A DNA stretch of 64,000 nucleotides from Synechococcus sp. GTDB taxonomy: Bacteria; Cyanobacteriota; Cyanobacteriia; Thermostichales; PCC-7336. The stretch's first letter is position 1; the number at the start of each line of letters is the position of its first letter. The stretch is taken from positions 21,378 through 85,377 of the forward strand of contig JBFRWN010000015.1 in the NCBI GenBank assembly GCA_051439605.1, given 5' to 3'. A model generated the notes under the pieces. That model saw nothing but the letters and a program-made list of their open reading frames with translations, was not told the DNA's origin and made no database searches. Positions 32,199 through 42,350 of the stretch are shown here, piece by piece. A program made the translations under genes and the position numbers.

Positions 32199-33356
32199 TT
32201 AGTGCGATAGCGATTTGGAGCCAGCGGCAACAGTTGCGATCGCCTCTAGCAAATGGCCAATTTCCTCTTCCGTAGTGAAATAGTGGATAGAAGCCCGGAG
32301 CGATTCAGGGTCTTGCATCGATCGCACGTAGATACCTTGCTGCTCCAGACATAGCTCCAGCTCCACGGGATCCCGATCGACCACAGTAAACGGTACCAAA
32401 CCTGTTTGGGGCAAGTGAAGGTTACAAACCTCTACTCCAGCAATCGTCTGCAGTTGTTGCCATAGTAACTGAGCCAGACGTATCTGCCGTTGATAGCGAT
32501 CTTCAAGTTTACCGAATTGGTCATGCATCTCTAATGCCGCCTTAAATCCCATTCTTAAGGGGTAGGCTGCGGTGGAAACTTCAAATGCATCTGCCCCCTT
32601 GCCATAGGTTTTGCACCATCCAGTGAAGGTGGGGCGGATGGCAGCCTGCCCGCGTTTCGATAAATAAAGTGCCCCTACCCCCGCAGGACCGCACAGCCAT
32701 TTGTGCCCCGTAAAAGCATAAAAGTCGACTCCAAGCTCTCTCAGGTTGAGAGGAAGCACCCCAGCGGATTGAGCCGCATCCACATGTAGCAATAGCCCAC
32801 GATCTTGGCAGAGTGCCGCCAGGTCTTTCAGAGGCAAAATCGTCCCAGAGTTCCACAGCACGTGGCTGATACAAACCATGCGCGTGTTGGGGCGCAGATA
32901 GTCCGCCAAGGTCTGAACGCAATTGTCACCTTGACTGAGGGGACAAGTATCTAACTCGATGCCAAACCGGTGCCTGAGTTCTCGCGCAATTTCCCATACA
33001 CCATAATGCTCGGCATCTGAGAGCAGCAGGCGATCGCCCGCCTGCCAATCCAGCCCCCATAAAGGAATATTCATGCCCGCAATTGTGCTCTCTGTGAGAG
33101 CTATACAATCGGGGGTGGTTCCAAGATACTTGGCCATTGCTAGACGCAGGCTATCTTGCTCGGACATCAGCCAGTTGAAGGCGGCTTTTGAAAATGGCCC
33201 CAGTTTGCTACAGATGTCGTAGGCATTGAAGATAGCCTCTCGAGCTGGCTGGGCTAGAGGCCCCTGACCACCGAAATTGAGATAGGTTTTCCCTGCCAAA
33301 GCAGGAAACTGGCTGCGATGAGTTGCCAGAGAGGCATAAGGTGAGGTGGAATTCAT
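32199..33356 (-). CDS. Class V aminotransferase, cysteine/cystine lyase (C-DES)-like
   Basis: YLNFGGQGP, SHVLWNSG, VDAAQS, FTGHKWLCGPAG. Confidence 0.85.
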   Translation of the reverse strand: MNSTSPYASLATHRSQFPALAGKTYLNFGGQGPLAQPAREAIFNAYDICSKLGPFSKAAFNWLMSEQDSLRLAMAKYLGTTPDCIALTESTIAGMNIPLWGLDWQAGDRLLLSDAEHYGVWEIARELRHRFGIELDTCPLSQGDNCVQTLADYLRPNTRMVCISHVLWNSGTILPLKDLAALCQDRGLLLHVDAAQSAGVLPLNLRELGVDFYAFTGHKWLCGPAGVGALYLSKRGQAAIRPTFTGWCKTYGKGADAFEVSTAAYPLRMGFKAALEMHDQFGKLEDRYQRQIRLAQLLWQQLQTIAGVEVCNLHLPQTGLVPFTVVDRDPVELELCLEQQGIYVRSMQDPESLRASIHYFTTEEEIGHLLEAIATVAAGSKSLSH

Positions 33357-33592
33357 GCAAACGTTATGGAAAGTAGATCGAGCACGAACCCATTGCTCGA
33401 AGATGATCTTCAGATAGTTCAGCTAGATATGGCACCTTAACCTTTCACCTAGACAGTGGATCTATGCCCTCGAAAAGCCATCAGCGGTCAAAGGGCCACA
33501 ATCGAGCGAGCTGGATTTCTATCCTATTCAGAAATTGAGCAAGAACGCACCATCGTGCTCCGATAGAAACCCTTCAGGGCAGTCCGTAGAGT

Positions 33593-33952
33593 TTAGAACT
33601 CTTCGTTGAATCCATCACCACCGGACTGTTGCTCTTTGCGAGAGCCCAATAGTTCTAAGCGGTCGACCCGAATAACTGGCTTTTGGCGATCATCCCCGGT
33701 ATTGCGATCTTTCCAGCGATCGAACTTTAAAGAGCCTGTGATACCGAATAAATTGCCTTTGCGTATATAGTCACCAGCAACCTCAGCAGTGCGCCCCCAC
33801 ATCTCCAATTCAAACCAGTCGGGCTTATCATCGCGCTTGCTGCGGCGGTTCACCGCCATCGATACATTACAAACAACGTTGCCTGACTCGAAATACCGCA
33901 GCTCGGGATCTCTGCCAGCACGTCCAACTAAAGTCACAACATTTAAGCTCAT
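33593..33952 (-). CDS. ssb: Single-stranded DNA-binding protein
   Basis: NVVTLVGRAGRDPELRYFESG OB fold with acidic aromatic tail. Confidence 0.95.
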   Translation of the reverse strand: MSLNVVTLVGRAGRDPELRYFESGNVVCNVSMAVNRRSKRDDKPDWFELEMWGRTAEVAGDYIRKGNLFGITGSLKFDRWKDRNTGDDRQKPVIRVDRLELLGSRKEQQSGGDGFNEEF

Positions 33953-34159
33953 GGCATAGTTCCTTCAACGACTCAGAGTCCGCCAGATAAAAATTGATTG
34001 ACCAGCCCGAGATAGACTTGCACGATCGCAACGCTATTCGGGCTTAAATCGCCATCAAAATCAAACTAGCTAAGTACTAGAGCATACTGTAGCTCAGCGA
34101 AATCCATAGCAGGACAGTGTGATTGACTAAATTTATTCACCTCTTTTCAGACCAACGCG

Positions 34160-34981
34160 ATGCATGGCTTTATCCCCCCCCACCGTTATCTCCCCTACCT
34201 AACCTGGACAGACATTCGCGACATTCCCCACAAGCAGGATGTAGTCATCCTGCAACCCATTGGCGCCATCGAACAACACGGTCCCCATCTGCCCCTGATT
34301 GTCGATAGCGCGATCGCGACGGCAGTGATAGGAAAAGCCCTAGAACGTTTAGGTGACGAGATTCCGGCGTATTCCTTACCACCGCTGTATTACGGCAAAT
34401 CCAACGAACACTGGCATTTTCCCGGCACAATTACCTTAAGTGCCACCACACTTCTGCAAACAGTCTCCGAGCTTGCAGAAAGCCTCTTTCGAGCAGGATT
34501 TCGCAAACTAGTTTTGGTCAACGGACATGGGGGGCACCCTCAGGTGTTAGAAATCGCTGCTCGGGATATTCACCAAGTCCATGCCAGCATGATGGTCTTT
34601 CCGTTGTTTGTGTGGAACGTCCCCAACGTGGCAGCAGAGCTACTGACACCGCAAGAATTAGAACTAGGTATTCACGCTGGTGATGCAGAAACCAGCTTAA
34701 TGCTGGCGATTGCACCGGAGCAGGTGCAGATGGACAAAGCTCGTACAGAATATCCGCAAGGGCTCCCTCAAAACAGTCTGTTGAGCATGGAAGGTCGGTT
34801 GCCCTTTGCATGGGTCACCCGAGATCTCAGCAGCAGTGGAACAATTGGCGATCCCACCCTTGCAACCCAAGAGAAAGGGCAAAAAATACTGGAGTCTTTA
34901 GCGGCAGGTTGGGCAAGGGCGATCGCTGATATTTATCTGTTTCAGCAACCCCAAGCAATTGACACTGCACATGACAGATAG
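34160..34981 (+). CDS. Creatininase family amidohydrolase
   Basis: PIGAIEQHGPHLP, SNEHWHFPGT, NGHGG, HAGDAETS. Confidence 0.92.
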   Translation: MHGFIPPHRYLPYLTWTDIRDIPHKQDVVILQPIGAIEQHGPHLPLIVDSAIATAVIGKALERLGDEIPAYSLPPLYYGKSNEHWHFPGTITLSATTLLQTVSELAESLFRAGFRKLVLVNGHGGHPQVLEIAARDIHQVHASMMVFPLFVWNVPNVAAELLTPQELELGIHAGDAETSLMLAIAPEQVQMDKARTEYPQGLPQNSLLSMEGRLPFAWVTRDLSSSGTIGDPTLATQEKGQKILESLAAGWARAIADIYLFQQPQAIDTAHDR

Positions 34982-35114
34982 CCATGGCCATTTCAATCGG
35001 GACTGCGGGTTCAGGCCCAGCATGGGAATCGAATCAGATTGACTATCGCCGGTTTGCGTTTGTGTCGACAATTTTAAACGCGAGGCTAAGAACCACAAAA
35101 GAGCAGTGTGCGCG

Positions 35115-35147
35115 AAAAAGACCTTAGCAGTAAAAGCTAAGGTCTTT
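35115..35147 (-). terminator. Intrinsic terminator downstream of tRNA-Pro (possibly bidirectional)
   Basis: AAAGACCTTAGC / GCTAAGGTCTTT perfect stem with a T run on the minus strand. Confidence 0.7.
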
Positions 35148-35166
35148 AGGGGGGTATTTCGGCGAA

Positions 35167-35240
35167 TCGGAGCGGCGGGATTTGAACCCACGACCCCTAC
35201 TACCCCAAAGTAGTGCGCTACCAAGCTGCGCTACGCCCCG
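35167..35240 (-). tRNA. tRNA-Pro(GGG)
   Basis: Minus strand CGGGGCGTAGCGCAGCTTGGTAGCGCACTACTTTGGGGTAGTAGGGGTCGTGGGTTCAAATCCCGCCGCTCCGA; cloverleaf, anticodon GGG, CCA not encoded. Confidence 0.97.
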
Positions 35241-35523
35241 GAGTCGCTTTGCTACTATAGCACCCGTTGGAAACCCTTTGACAAGAGTCTGTACAGAGAT
35301 CTCCAGGGGAATAAACGCATATTGCTGCAGCGATTCCAAGGAGAAAAGCGGAACTGTACCCAGAACAAATTAAAGGCCCACGAGCAGCCCCTGGTAACTT
35401 GACGATCGCTATACTTTCGGGGAAAGGAAGCCGCTGTAAATTGTAGCAATATCAATATCCCGCCTCGAACAAAGCCTAAACAGGAAAAGCAAGTTTTCTA
35501 GCAGCAAAAGCGAGTGCTATCCC

Positions 35524-36057
35524 CTAAATAGTTGCAAGAGCAGTGCGATCGGGACAATCCCCTTCATCAAATGACATAGAAGCACATGCGGACAGAATGA
35601 CTTTGCGATCGAGACCAATGAGTTGACCTAACAAGTCAGCAGGAATGAGGGACATTTCCTTTCGACCAACCAGCGCGTGAATTTGCTGTAAGAGAAGGCG
35701 AGCACGGTTGATTTCGGATTTCTCTTGCATCAGGTGCTGCAGATAGTTTGACTGGTTCAGGCGAGTTTGGAATGCCTGTTGGCGCTCTATGGGGGTTTCA
35801 GGACTACAGAGCTTGAGAGAACCAAAACCAAAGATACCCGTTACTGAGATATCGATAGTTCCCCCCAATGCACTGCCAGGGCAGATGAGCTCTGTGTAAA
35901 AACGCTTTATTAAAATGATGCCACCACGACAATCGGACATCAGTCGGTATAATTTGCGGTTTTTGCAAAGCTCTAGCCCCAACCAAATGGGCCCTTGAGA
36001 GGAGTAAACCGCTTCCGTGTTCGAGCAAATGTTGGAAGACAATTGACCAAGCCCCAA
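35524..36057 (-). CDS. Hypothetical protein, possibly degenerate Crp-like with C-terminal HTH
   Basis: 177-aa ORF; C-terminal IPADLLGQLIGLDRKVI resembles an HTH; start uncertain. Confidence 0.55.
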   Translation of the reverse strand: MGLGQLSSNICSNTEAVYSSQGPIWLGLELCKNRKLYRLMSDCRGGIILIKRFYTELICPGSALGGTIDISVTGIFGFGSLKLCSPETPIERQQAFQTRLNQSNYLQHLMQEKSEINRARLLLQQIHALVGRKEMSLIPADLLGQLIGLDRKVILSACASMSFDEGDCPDRTALATI

Positions 36058-36236
36058 CCATTAACTTAAGCGAGTATGAAGCATCGATAGAGTAAAACAC
36101 TCGGTTGGAATGCTGAAATAACTGGAGCTGAATAGGAATCCTCAGTGAATACCCCATGGCTTGTGGAATGAAATCGCAATCTCAGCTCACATCGTTCAAC
36201 AATTCAAGGGCCCTACCCTTATACCCTTAAGACACC

Positions 36237-36743
36237 TCAGCTCGTGGGAGCTCCCCACCTAACGATAAGACGAACCACTATAGGCACAACAACGATGACA
36301 CCAACCATGCGGGTCAGGTGCATCACCAATACGGTTGGACCTTGAGCTCCCATATCTAAAGCAATCAGGCTCATATCGGAAATCCCCCCGGTGCTGAGGC
36401 TAACAGGGCCGTAAGACGCTCTAGCCCCAACCAGTGAGAAATTGCTAACCCAGACGCAATACCGGTAAAAAGCGTAATGGTGGTGCAGAAGAGAGCGGGT
36501 CTCCAAAGGTCTTTCAGGCCAGCTAGAGCATCGGTAGTGATGGTGGCCCCCAACAAAATTCCCAAGCCCACTTGCAGAATAAATTTCATCCCTTGGGGGG
36601 GAGTCGGCACTTCGAATAGCTGTAAGCAATTCATGCTACCGACTGCCATCAGAGCCCCTACCAAAGCCCCAGCAGGAACTTTCAGCTTGACCGCGATCGC
36701 GCTTCCCAGCAGAGCCACTAATAGAGTCCAGATTATAGTTCAT
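36237..36743 (-). pseudogene. AbrB/AmoA-like membrane protein, frameshifted
   Basis: KLKVPAGALVGAL...QVGLGILLG...ASAPGG continues as ISDMSLIA...MHLTRM in another frame across a C6 run (36384-36389); ATG at 36743 is also one base out of frame. Confidence 0.75.
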
Positions 36744-36983
36744 GCGATTTTGTGAGATGAGAAAAAAGTTTTCTCGAAAATGCTATCTATAGGGGTTGTG
36801 CAGAGCGCTGTAAGGCCAATTATTTGTTTTTATGTAATTTCCAAGATTTTTTTACAGTCAACCATTAACGCTTCCGCAAAGTCCACCTGAGAGTCAGATA
36901 GAGACCATCTTCATGGGGCAAACCCTGAGACACAATGGCAATCTTCAAGCAGCGGTAGGATCGAGGAATCGCTGATGGGCTTA

Positions 36984-38579
36984 TCAAACAGTAACGTTAA
37001 GCGGTGAAAATTTCTGACATTGCTGCACCAAGCTCACCGGATCGACTGCACCAAAACCCGATGTTTTTGCCAGGGACAGCGCAGCTTGAGCATGCCACCA
37101 AGTGGCAATACCAGCGGCAAGCTCTGGGGCAAGTGCTTGGGCCAGAAATCCTCCGATCAGCCCTGTCAAAACATCACCACTTCCACCGCGAGCCAAGGCT
37201 GAGGTGCTGCGGGGGTTCAGCCACAGGCGATCGCCGTTGGAAATGACCGTACATGCACCCTTCAAAAGCACCGTTGCTTGGTACTCTCGTGCAGCTGAAC
37301 GCACCGCTGAGAACCTGTGTTCTGGATCGATCTTGGGAAAGAGGCGGCGAAATTCCCCCACGTGGGGAGTCAGGATAGTGGGCGCAACCCGCTGCTTTAC
37401 AAGTTCTAGCGAGGTCCTGGCTAAGGCATTCAGACCATCCGCATCCAACACCAGCGGTATATCCAGTTGGCAGACCTCGGCCAGCAATCCCTCTATATCC
37501 CGATCGAGGCCAGGTCCCATTGCGATCGCCGAATACCGACCCTTTTTCAAGTCAAGCCTGATTGATTCTCGCTCGATCCAGTTTGCTCGTCCCCCTAAAT
37601 CTGGAATTGCAGCAATGGAACCAGTGACCGTTTCCGGGCAAGGCAAGACCAAAGCCTCCGGAACCCACTGACGCACTAACATCTGGATGCTCTCTGGCAC
37701 CGCCACTGTTAGCATCCCAATCCCCGTGGGTCTTGCCCCTAATGCCGTCAATAAAGCGGCCCCCGAATATCGAGCGGATCCGCAGACCAACAGTAGGTGT
37801 CCGTGGCTGTACTTATGGGTATTGGGGTTAGGAGGATGCAGTACTGTCCCCCAGCGCAAAGGAGGTCGGTTAGCGCGCACCCAGTCCGCAGTAATACATT
37901 CTTGGACAGGAGGGGAGCCTAAGACACTCGAAATAGCTGTCAGGGGCAACCCAAAATCAATTAGCTGGGGATCGCCAACAAACGGTAAAGCCCGATCCTG
38001 AAACAGCCCTTGCTTCCACAATCCCAAGCAGTAGGTCGTAGAAGAGCGAATAGCTACCCCTAAGACCTCACCGCTATCGGTATGGATGCCGGAAGGAACA
38101 TCGATACTCACAATGGGTAGCCCAGATCCATTGGCCCACCGTGCTGTCTCTGCCCAAATCCCTGTCAGCGGTCGCTCGAGACCAAAGCCAAACAGGCCAT
38201 CTAGCAATAATTGGCAATCGTGGAGTTCGGAAACCGTATCGACCCAATCCACCCCTAGCGATCGTAAATATCGTCCGTGATTATCCGTTAACGGCTTGGC
38301 GCGCTCGCCAGGCATCCATACTTTGACTCGGTAACCCGCCAGCCATAATTCTCGACCCACTACCAGAGCGTCTCCGCCATTGTGTCCTGGTCCCACCAGT
38401 AAGCCGACGCTGGGAAACTTGGCTTGTGGAAAACGCGCATGAATCTTCCCAAACAACAAGCCACCGACCTTTTCCATCAACGCTGCAACTGGCATCCCCG
38501 CAGCAAAGACAGATTGTTCGATGGCTCGCATTTGAGCAGCCGTGACCAGGAAGCGGTTGACCCTGTTCGACTTACTCAT
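36984..38579 (-). CDS. nnr: Bifunctional NAD(P)H-hydrate epimerase/dehydratase
   Basis: LMEKVG, GPGHNGGDA, DVPSG, MGPGL, LDADGL, TPHVGEF, LARGGSGDVLTG. Confidence 0.93.
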   Translation of the reverse strand: MSKSNRVNRFLVTAAQMRAIEQSVFAAGMPVAALMEKVGGLLFGKIHARFPQAKFPSVGLLVGPGHNGGDALVVGRELWLAGYRVKVWMPGERAKPLTDNHGRYLRSLGVDWVDTVSELHDCQLLLDGLFGFGLERPLTGIWAETARWANGSGLPIVSIDVPSGIHTDSGEVLGVAIRSSTTYCLGLWKQGLFQDRALPFVGDPQLIDFGLPLTAISSVLGSPPVQECITADWVRANRPPLRWGTVLHPPNPNTHKYSHGHLLLVCGSARYSGAALLTALGARPTGIGMLTVAVPESIQMLVRQWVPEALVLPCPETVTGSIAAIPDLGGRANWIERESIRLDLKKGRYSAIAMGPGLDRDIEGLLAEVCQLDIPLVLDADGLNALARTSLELVKQRVAPTILTPHVGEFRRLFPKIDPEHRFSAVRSAAREYQATVLLKGACTVISNGDRLWLNPRSTSALARGGSGDVLTGLIGGFLAQALAPELAAGIATWWHAQAALSLAKTSGFGAVDPVSLVQQCQKFSPLNVTV

Positions 38580-38641
38580 TCAAGTTCACGGATGAAATAG
38601 CATGCATAAGCCAGCATGATTGCCAGCAAATAAAGAGAACG

Positions 38642-39118
38642 CTATCCAGCAATACCTTGGAAGTCCTGCAGGAAGCTGGGCAACGTAGCCAACACGTCTG
38701 AGTTCTCAATCAACAGATAGGCGGTGATGGCGCCACCAAATCCACCAATTAAGAAGCCAGCTGCAAAATCGCTCCAATTTTCTTTGCTACCGATAAAGCT
38801 GTCTTCATCGGTGACGTATGAGTAGATGGACAGCGCCATGGTCATCAATAGCACGATGCCGCAGGCAGACAGGAAACCTGCCAGTAAACCAATGGGCTCA
38901 TTGCGCAGAGGACCCAGAATGGCAAAGGGGCCCACCAGCCAGTAGCCGTGAGCCATACCAATTTCCAAACCGCGCAGCAGAGGAGACATGCCTGGACGGT
39001 TATAGGGCAACCAGTTGATAAAAAACTTAACAGCAGGGGAATCATTGACCGGAGTCATCATGTTCCCAATTTGAGGGTCGCCGCCAGGGGCTGAAACAAG
39101 AGACTTAGACTGAGTCAT
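38642..39118 (-). CDS. psaL: Photosystem I subunit XI
   Basis: IGNMMTPVN, LRGLEIGMAHGYWLVGPF, LGPLRN, WSDFAAGFLIGG. Confidence 0.95.
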   Translation of the reverse strand: MTQSKSLVSAPGGDPQIGNMMTPVNDSPAVKFFINWLPYNRPGMSPLLRGLEIGMAHGYWLVGPFAILGPLRNEPIGLLAGFLSACGIVLLMTMALSIYSYVTDEDSFIGSKENWSDFAAGFLIGGFGGAITAYLLIENSDVLATLPSFLQDFQGIAG

Positions 39119-39228
39119 AGTACTAAATATTTCCTGCGTATAGATTAAATCGACATCTCAATCTTTCCGATTGAAAAGCAGATGTTCGATTCGGTGGCCA
39201 AAAAACTGAAATGTACCGAAATGTAAGT

Positions 39229-39357
39229 CTAGAAAACGAGAAGGTCTGGAACAAAGCGATTGATTTCAATCAATAGACCGGCCAGCACAAGAGTCGTTAA
39301 CGCTGCCAGGACTGGTGCAGTACTGAGGTAAGTTTTTAACTTGTCGATATCTTGCAT
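39229..39357 (-). CDS. psaJ: Photosystem I subunit IX (42 aa, not in the ORF track)
   Basis: Translates [50 protein letters not shown]; directly after psaF. Confidence 0.95.
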   Translation of the reverse strand: MQDIDKLKTYLSTAPVLAALTTLVLAGLLIEINRFVPDLLVF

Positions 39358-39474
39358 GGTTCAAGTCCTCAAAAGAATAATTGTGTGGGAACAGATTGAA
39401 ACATTAGGGCAAGTGTTCCCACATTAATATCGATGCTAGAAAGCAGAATTAGCTGGTCGGGACCATTAATTGAA

Positions 39475-40026
39475 TTAGCGGGGGGAAATGGGCACAGCCT
39501 TATCATCTTCGCGAATGGCACCGGAAGATATTTCGGCAAAAGCCAATGCAGGCCAAGCTACGGATTTGCTAACGGCAGCCAAAGCCATCGGCAAATCGAT
39601 AATGATTTCTTTGGTGGTGGCATCACCGCTTTCGCGTGCTGCAATCAGGTAGCTGCGACCGGCCCAGCCAATGAACCCTGCAACATAGAGAAACATCAGG
39701 CCGGGAATGATAAATTCCCCTGCATGATTGAGGCGACCATCGGTTACGAGGTGAGGTAGACCTTCTTCGCCACAGAGCAAGGAACTGTAGCGGTCGAAGC
39801 GGGCATTCGTTTGTGCAATTTGGCTTTTAATCAGGGTTGCAGTCGTACTGCCGGGCTCGGCAGCAGACAGCTTCGCTTCTAACGCAGAGATGCGATCGCT
39901 CTGACGCTGGGTAAATGCAGGTACGTCGCTGCAAGTGTTAAGGCCAATCAGACCTTCTGCATTCGCGACCTGGGGAACCCCCAAAAACAGCAATACTGTA
40001 AGCAGTATCGTAAAGAGTTTTGCCAT
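39475..40026 (-). CDS. psaF: Photosystem I subunit III
   Basis: Signal peptide, LLCGEEGLPHLVTDG, HAGEFIIPG, LYVAGFIGWAGRSYL, ISPR end. Confidence 0.97.
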   Translation of the reverse strand: MAKLFTILLTVLLFLGVPQVANAEGLIGLNTCSDVPAFTQRQSDRISALEAKLSAAEPGSTTATLIKSQIAQTNARFDRYSSLLCGEEGLPHLVTDGRLNHAGEFIIPGLMFLYVAGFIGWAGRSYLIAARESGDATTKEIIIDLPMALAAVSKSVAWPALAFAEISSGAIREDDKAVPISPR

Positions 40027-40154
40027 GAAATTCTTTTCCCACTGTGACGCATCAAGTTAAATTAGGCTTCCAACTGGAAGGAGCCTAACTCGCCTTGAAT
40101 CATACTCCTTCACATATCGCCCGTAAACCAAAGTAAAACGTCTTAAAAACCCCG

Positions 40155-41231
40155 ATGGCAACTGTTCTAGCAATTGAAACAAGTTGTGACGAAACTGCGG
40201 CAGCAGTCGTTACAAATCGCAATATTTTGAGTTCTATTGTTGCCTCCCAAATGGACATTCACGCTCAATATGGGGGGGTGGTGCCAGAGGTAGCTTCTCG
40301 GCAGCACGTTCCGGTTTTGCAACCGACAATCGCGGCAGCCATGACCAATTCAAGATTGGACTGGCAAGACTTAGATGCGATCGCCGTCACCTGTACCCCA
40401 GGCTTAGTAGGAGCCTTGTTGGTGGGTGTCAGCGCAGCAAAGACCTTGGCAATGCTGCATCGAAAGCCACTGATTGGGGTGCATCACCTTGAAGGACATA
40501 TATTTAGTGGGTTTCTGGCACAACCTGATTTAGAAGCCCCGCTGTTAGCACTCTTAGTGTCGGGGGGACACACCAGCTTGGTGCATGTGAAAGCAGAAGG
40601 AGAGTACGAAACCGTCGGGCAAACCTGCGATGATGCGGCTGGGGAAGCCTTTGACAAGGTGGCCCGCATGCTGGGGTTAGGATATCCCGGTGGCCCTAAG
40701 ATCGATCGATTGGCGAAACAAGGGGACCCGACTCGATTTCGATTACCGGAGGGCAAAGTCAAACATCCCTACAACACCAGCTTCAGCGGTTTAAAAACGG
40801 CAGTGCTGAGACTAGTACAAAAACTGGAAGCTACCGGAGATGCTATACCGTCAGCGGATGTAGCAGCTAGCTTTCAAGCGACTGTAGCCAGAGTCCTGTG
40901 CAAGAAGGCGATCGCCTGCGCTCGGGACTTACAGCTCGAGACCATAGTGGTGACAGGTGGAGTAGCAGCTAACAGCGAATTGAGGCGTCAATTGCAAGCG
41001 GCCGGACAGGCCGCAGGAATTGCCATTGTTGTGCCCCCCTTGTGGCTGTGTACGGACAATGCAGCCATGATTGCCGCTGCCGCAGCTTCTCGATATCAGC
41101 AAGGATGCTATTCACCGCTGAATTTGGGGGTGCAGTCACGCTTGAACCTCGAGGAGATTCGAACTTGCCTTTACAAACCCTGTTCCCATCGGGCACGACG
41201 AGCTGCTGATGTCTCAACCGCCTCATCCTGA
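40155..41231 (+). CDS. tsaD: tRNA N6-adenosine threonylcarbamoyltransferase
   Basis: [51 protein letters not shown]. Confidence 0.97.
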   Translation: MATVLAIETSCDETAAAVVTNRNILSSIVASQMDIHAQYGGVVPEVASRQHVPVLQPTIAAAMTNSRLDWQDLDAIAVTCTPGLVGALLVGVSAAKTLAMLHRKPLIGVHHLEGHIFSGFLAQPDLEAPLLALLVSGGHTSLVHVKAEGEYETVGQTCDDAAGEAFDKVARMLGLGYPGGPKIDRLAKQGDPTRFRLPEGKVKHPYNTSFSGLKTAVLRLVQKLEATGDAIPSADVAASFQATVARVLCKKAIACARDLQLETIVVTGGVAANSELRRQLQAAGQAAGIAIVVPPLWLCTDNAAMIAAAAASRYQQGCYSPLNLGVQSRLNLEEIRTCLYKPCSHRARRAADVSTASS

Positions 41232-42082
41232 ACCACCCAGGTGGTGACAATCTCAATTTCTTCAGGAGACCAGGAGCCCAACTTTTCCATTGAATAACCA
41301 TTGGACCGCATAAACCGCTGTGCTAGGGATTGGCTGGCTGCACGTCTGCGAGCGTGGGGCTGAGTATATTTTGGATCGATCAATAGACTGCTTTCATTGC
41401 CAGGCTCTACAACGCTCAACACCCCTGAATACGTGTCGAGGAAAGAGCTACGCGACGCTTCAAAGCCACCGTGGCAACCGACACAGCTCACATGCAACAG
41501 CGGTTGGACATCAATATCGTAAGTATATTGAGGCTCGGTTTTAAAGGAAAATTGCACTTCATCTGCAAGCGGCAGAGCAGCTTGAGGGGCCAACATCACG
41601 GTGTATTCAGTGCTGAACTGCAGCATATCTGAGGGTTGCAGTACCAGTCGATTGTCGGCAACGTTAAACTGCAAAGACAGCTCGGGCTCGATTGACAGAT
41701 CCAGTTCTTCCAGATCTTCATCAAGAATTGCGTCACTAAATTCCAGCTCAATGCGACTGGTAACTGGCACGTCTACAGACTGATTGTCCGGCAGACTGGA
41801 CACCAGCTCAATCGTCCGAACAGGAGGAACTGACTCCCCAGAGGGTGCATCAGCCGGACTACTACCCGCTTCAACCGGAATGGGTGGGAGCTGCTCCCCA
41901 TCGCCATCAGGAATTGTTTGAGGATAGCTATTTTGGGCGTAGAGCTTAGCAGGCTGGTGAGCGGTTAGAAACCGTGGTGAGTCCGAACCCAAACCACTCT
42001 GAGCGAATGTCCAGCTGAGAAATAGGACTGTTAGAACGAACAGCCCCAGCCGAATCCACTTTCCATAACGAAATATTTTCAT
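41171..42082 (-). CDS. Exported protein: Ig-like (Big_5-like) domain + monoheme cytochrome c domain
   Basis: N-terminal signal/[21 protein letters not shown]...LQFSTEYTV Ig-like domain; CVGCH heme motif; [11 protein letters not shown]-terminal helix. Confidence 0.7.
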   Translation of the reverse strand: MKIFRYGKWIRLGLFVLTVLFLSWTFAQSGLGSDSPRFLTAHQPAKLYAQNSYPQTIPDGDGEQLPPIPVEAGSSPADAPSGESVPPVRTIELVSSLPDNQSVDVPVTSRIELEFSDAILDEDLEELDLSIEPELSLQFNVADNRLVLQPSDMLQFSTEYTVMLAPQAALPLADEVQFSFKTEPQYTYDIDVQPLLHVSCVGCHGGFEASRSSFLDTYSGVLSVVEPGNESSLLIDPKYTQPHARRRAASQSLAQRFMRSNGYSMEKLGSWSPEEIEIVTTWVVQDEAVETSAARRARWEQGL

Positions 42083-42350
42083 GGCAATGAACGAATCAAT
42101 CTCCGATTGGCAGGACAACTGAGATCGCTGTATGTAGCTGTTGCCATCTCAATTAACAACCGACAGGGGTATGCCCAGTCAGGGTTCTGTATAGCTGAGA
42201 TGTTCTAAGCGACTTGAGGATCGCTATAGAAGTTTCCTGACTGTGCAACCTTAGCAAATGACAATGAGTTGCCAGACGGCCAGTGCTTTTTTCAAAGACA
42301 CGTGAGGCTTCTGACAACTCAACCAATGGGGTCAGGACAACCAGTGCCGC

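Noticed and set aside
32199..33356. Class V PLP enzyme as DndA of the PT system or as a partner of kamA
   Set aside because: It looks like the common cyanobacterial C-DES type, lies over 20 kb from the island and is convergent with kamA
34060..34085. LexA box upstream of ssb
   Set aside because: ACTAGctaAGTACT has two mismatches to the cyanobacterial RGTAC-N3-DGTWCB consensus; too weak
35167..35240. tRNA-Pro as an integration site
   Set aside because: No duplicated 3' end or integrase was seen; flanks are core genes
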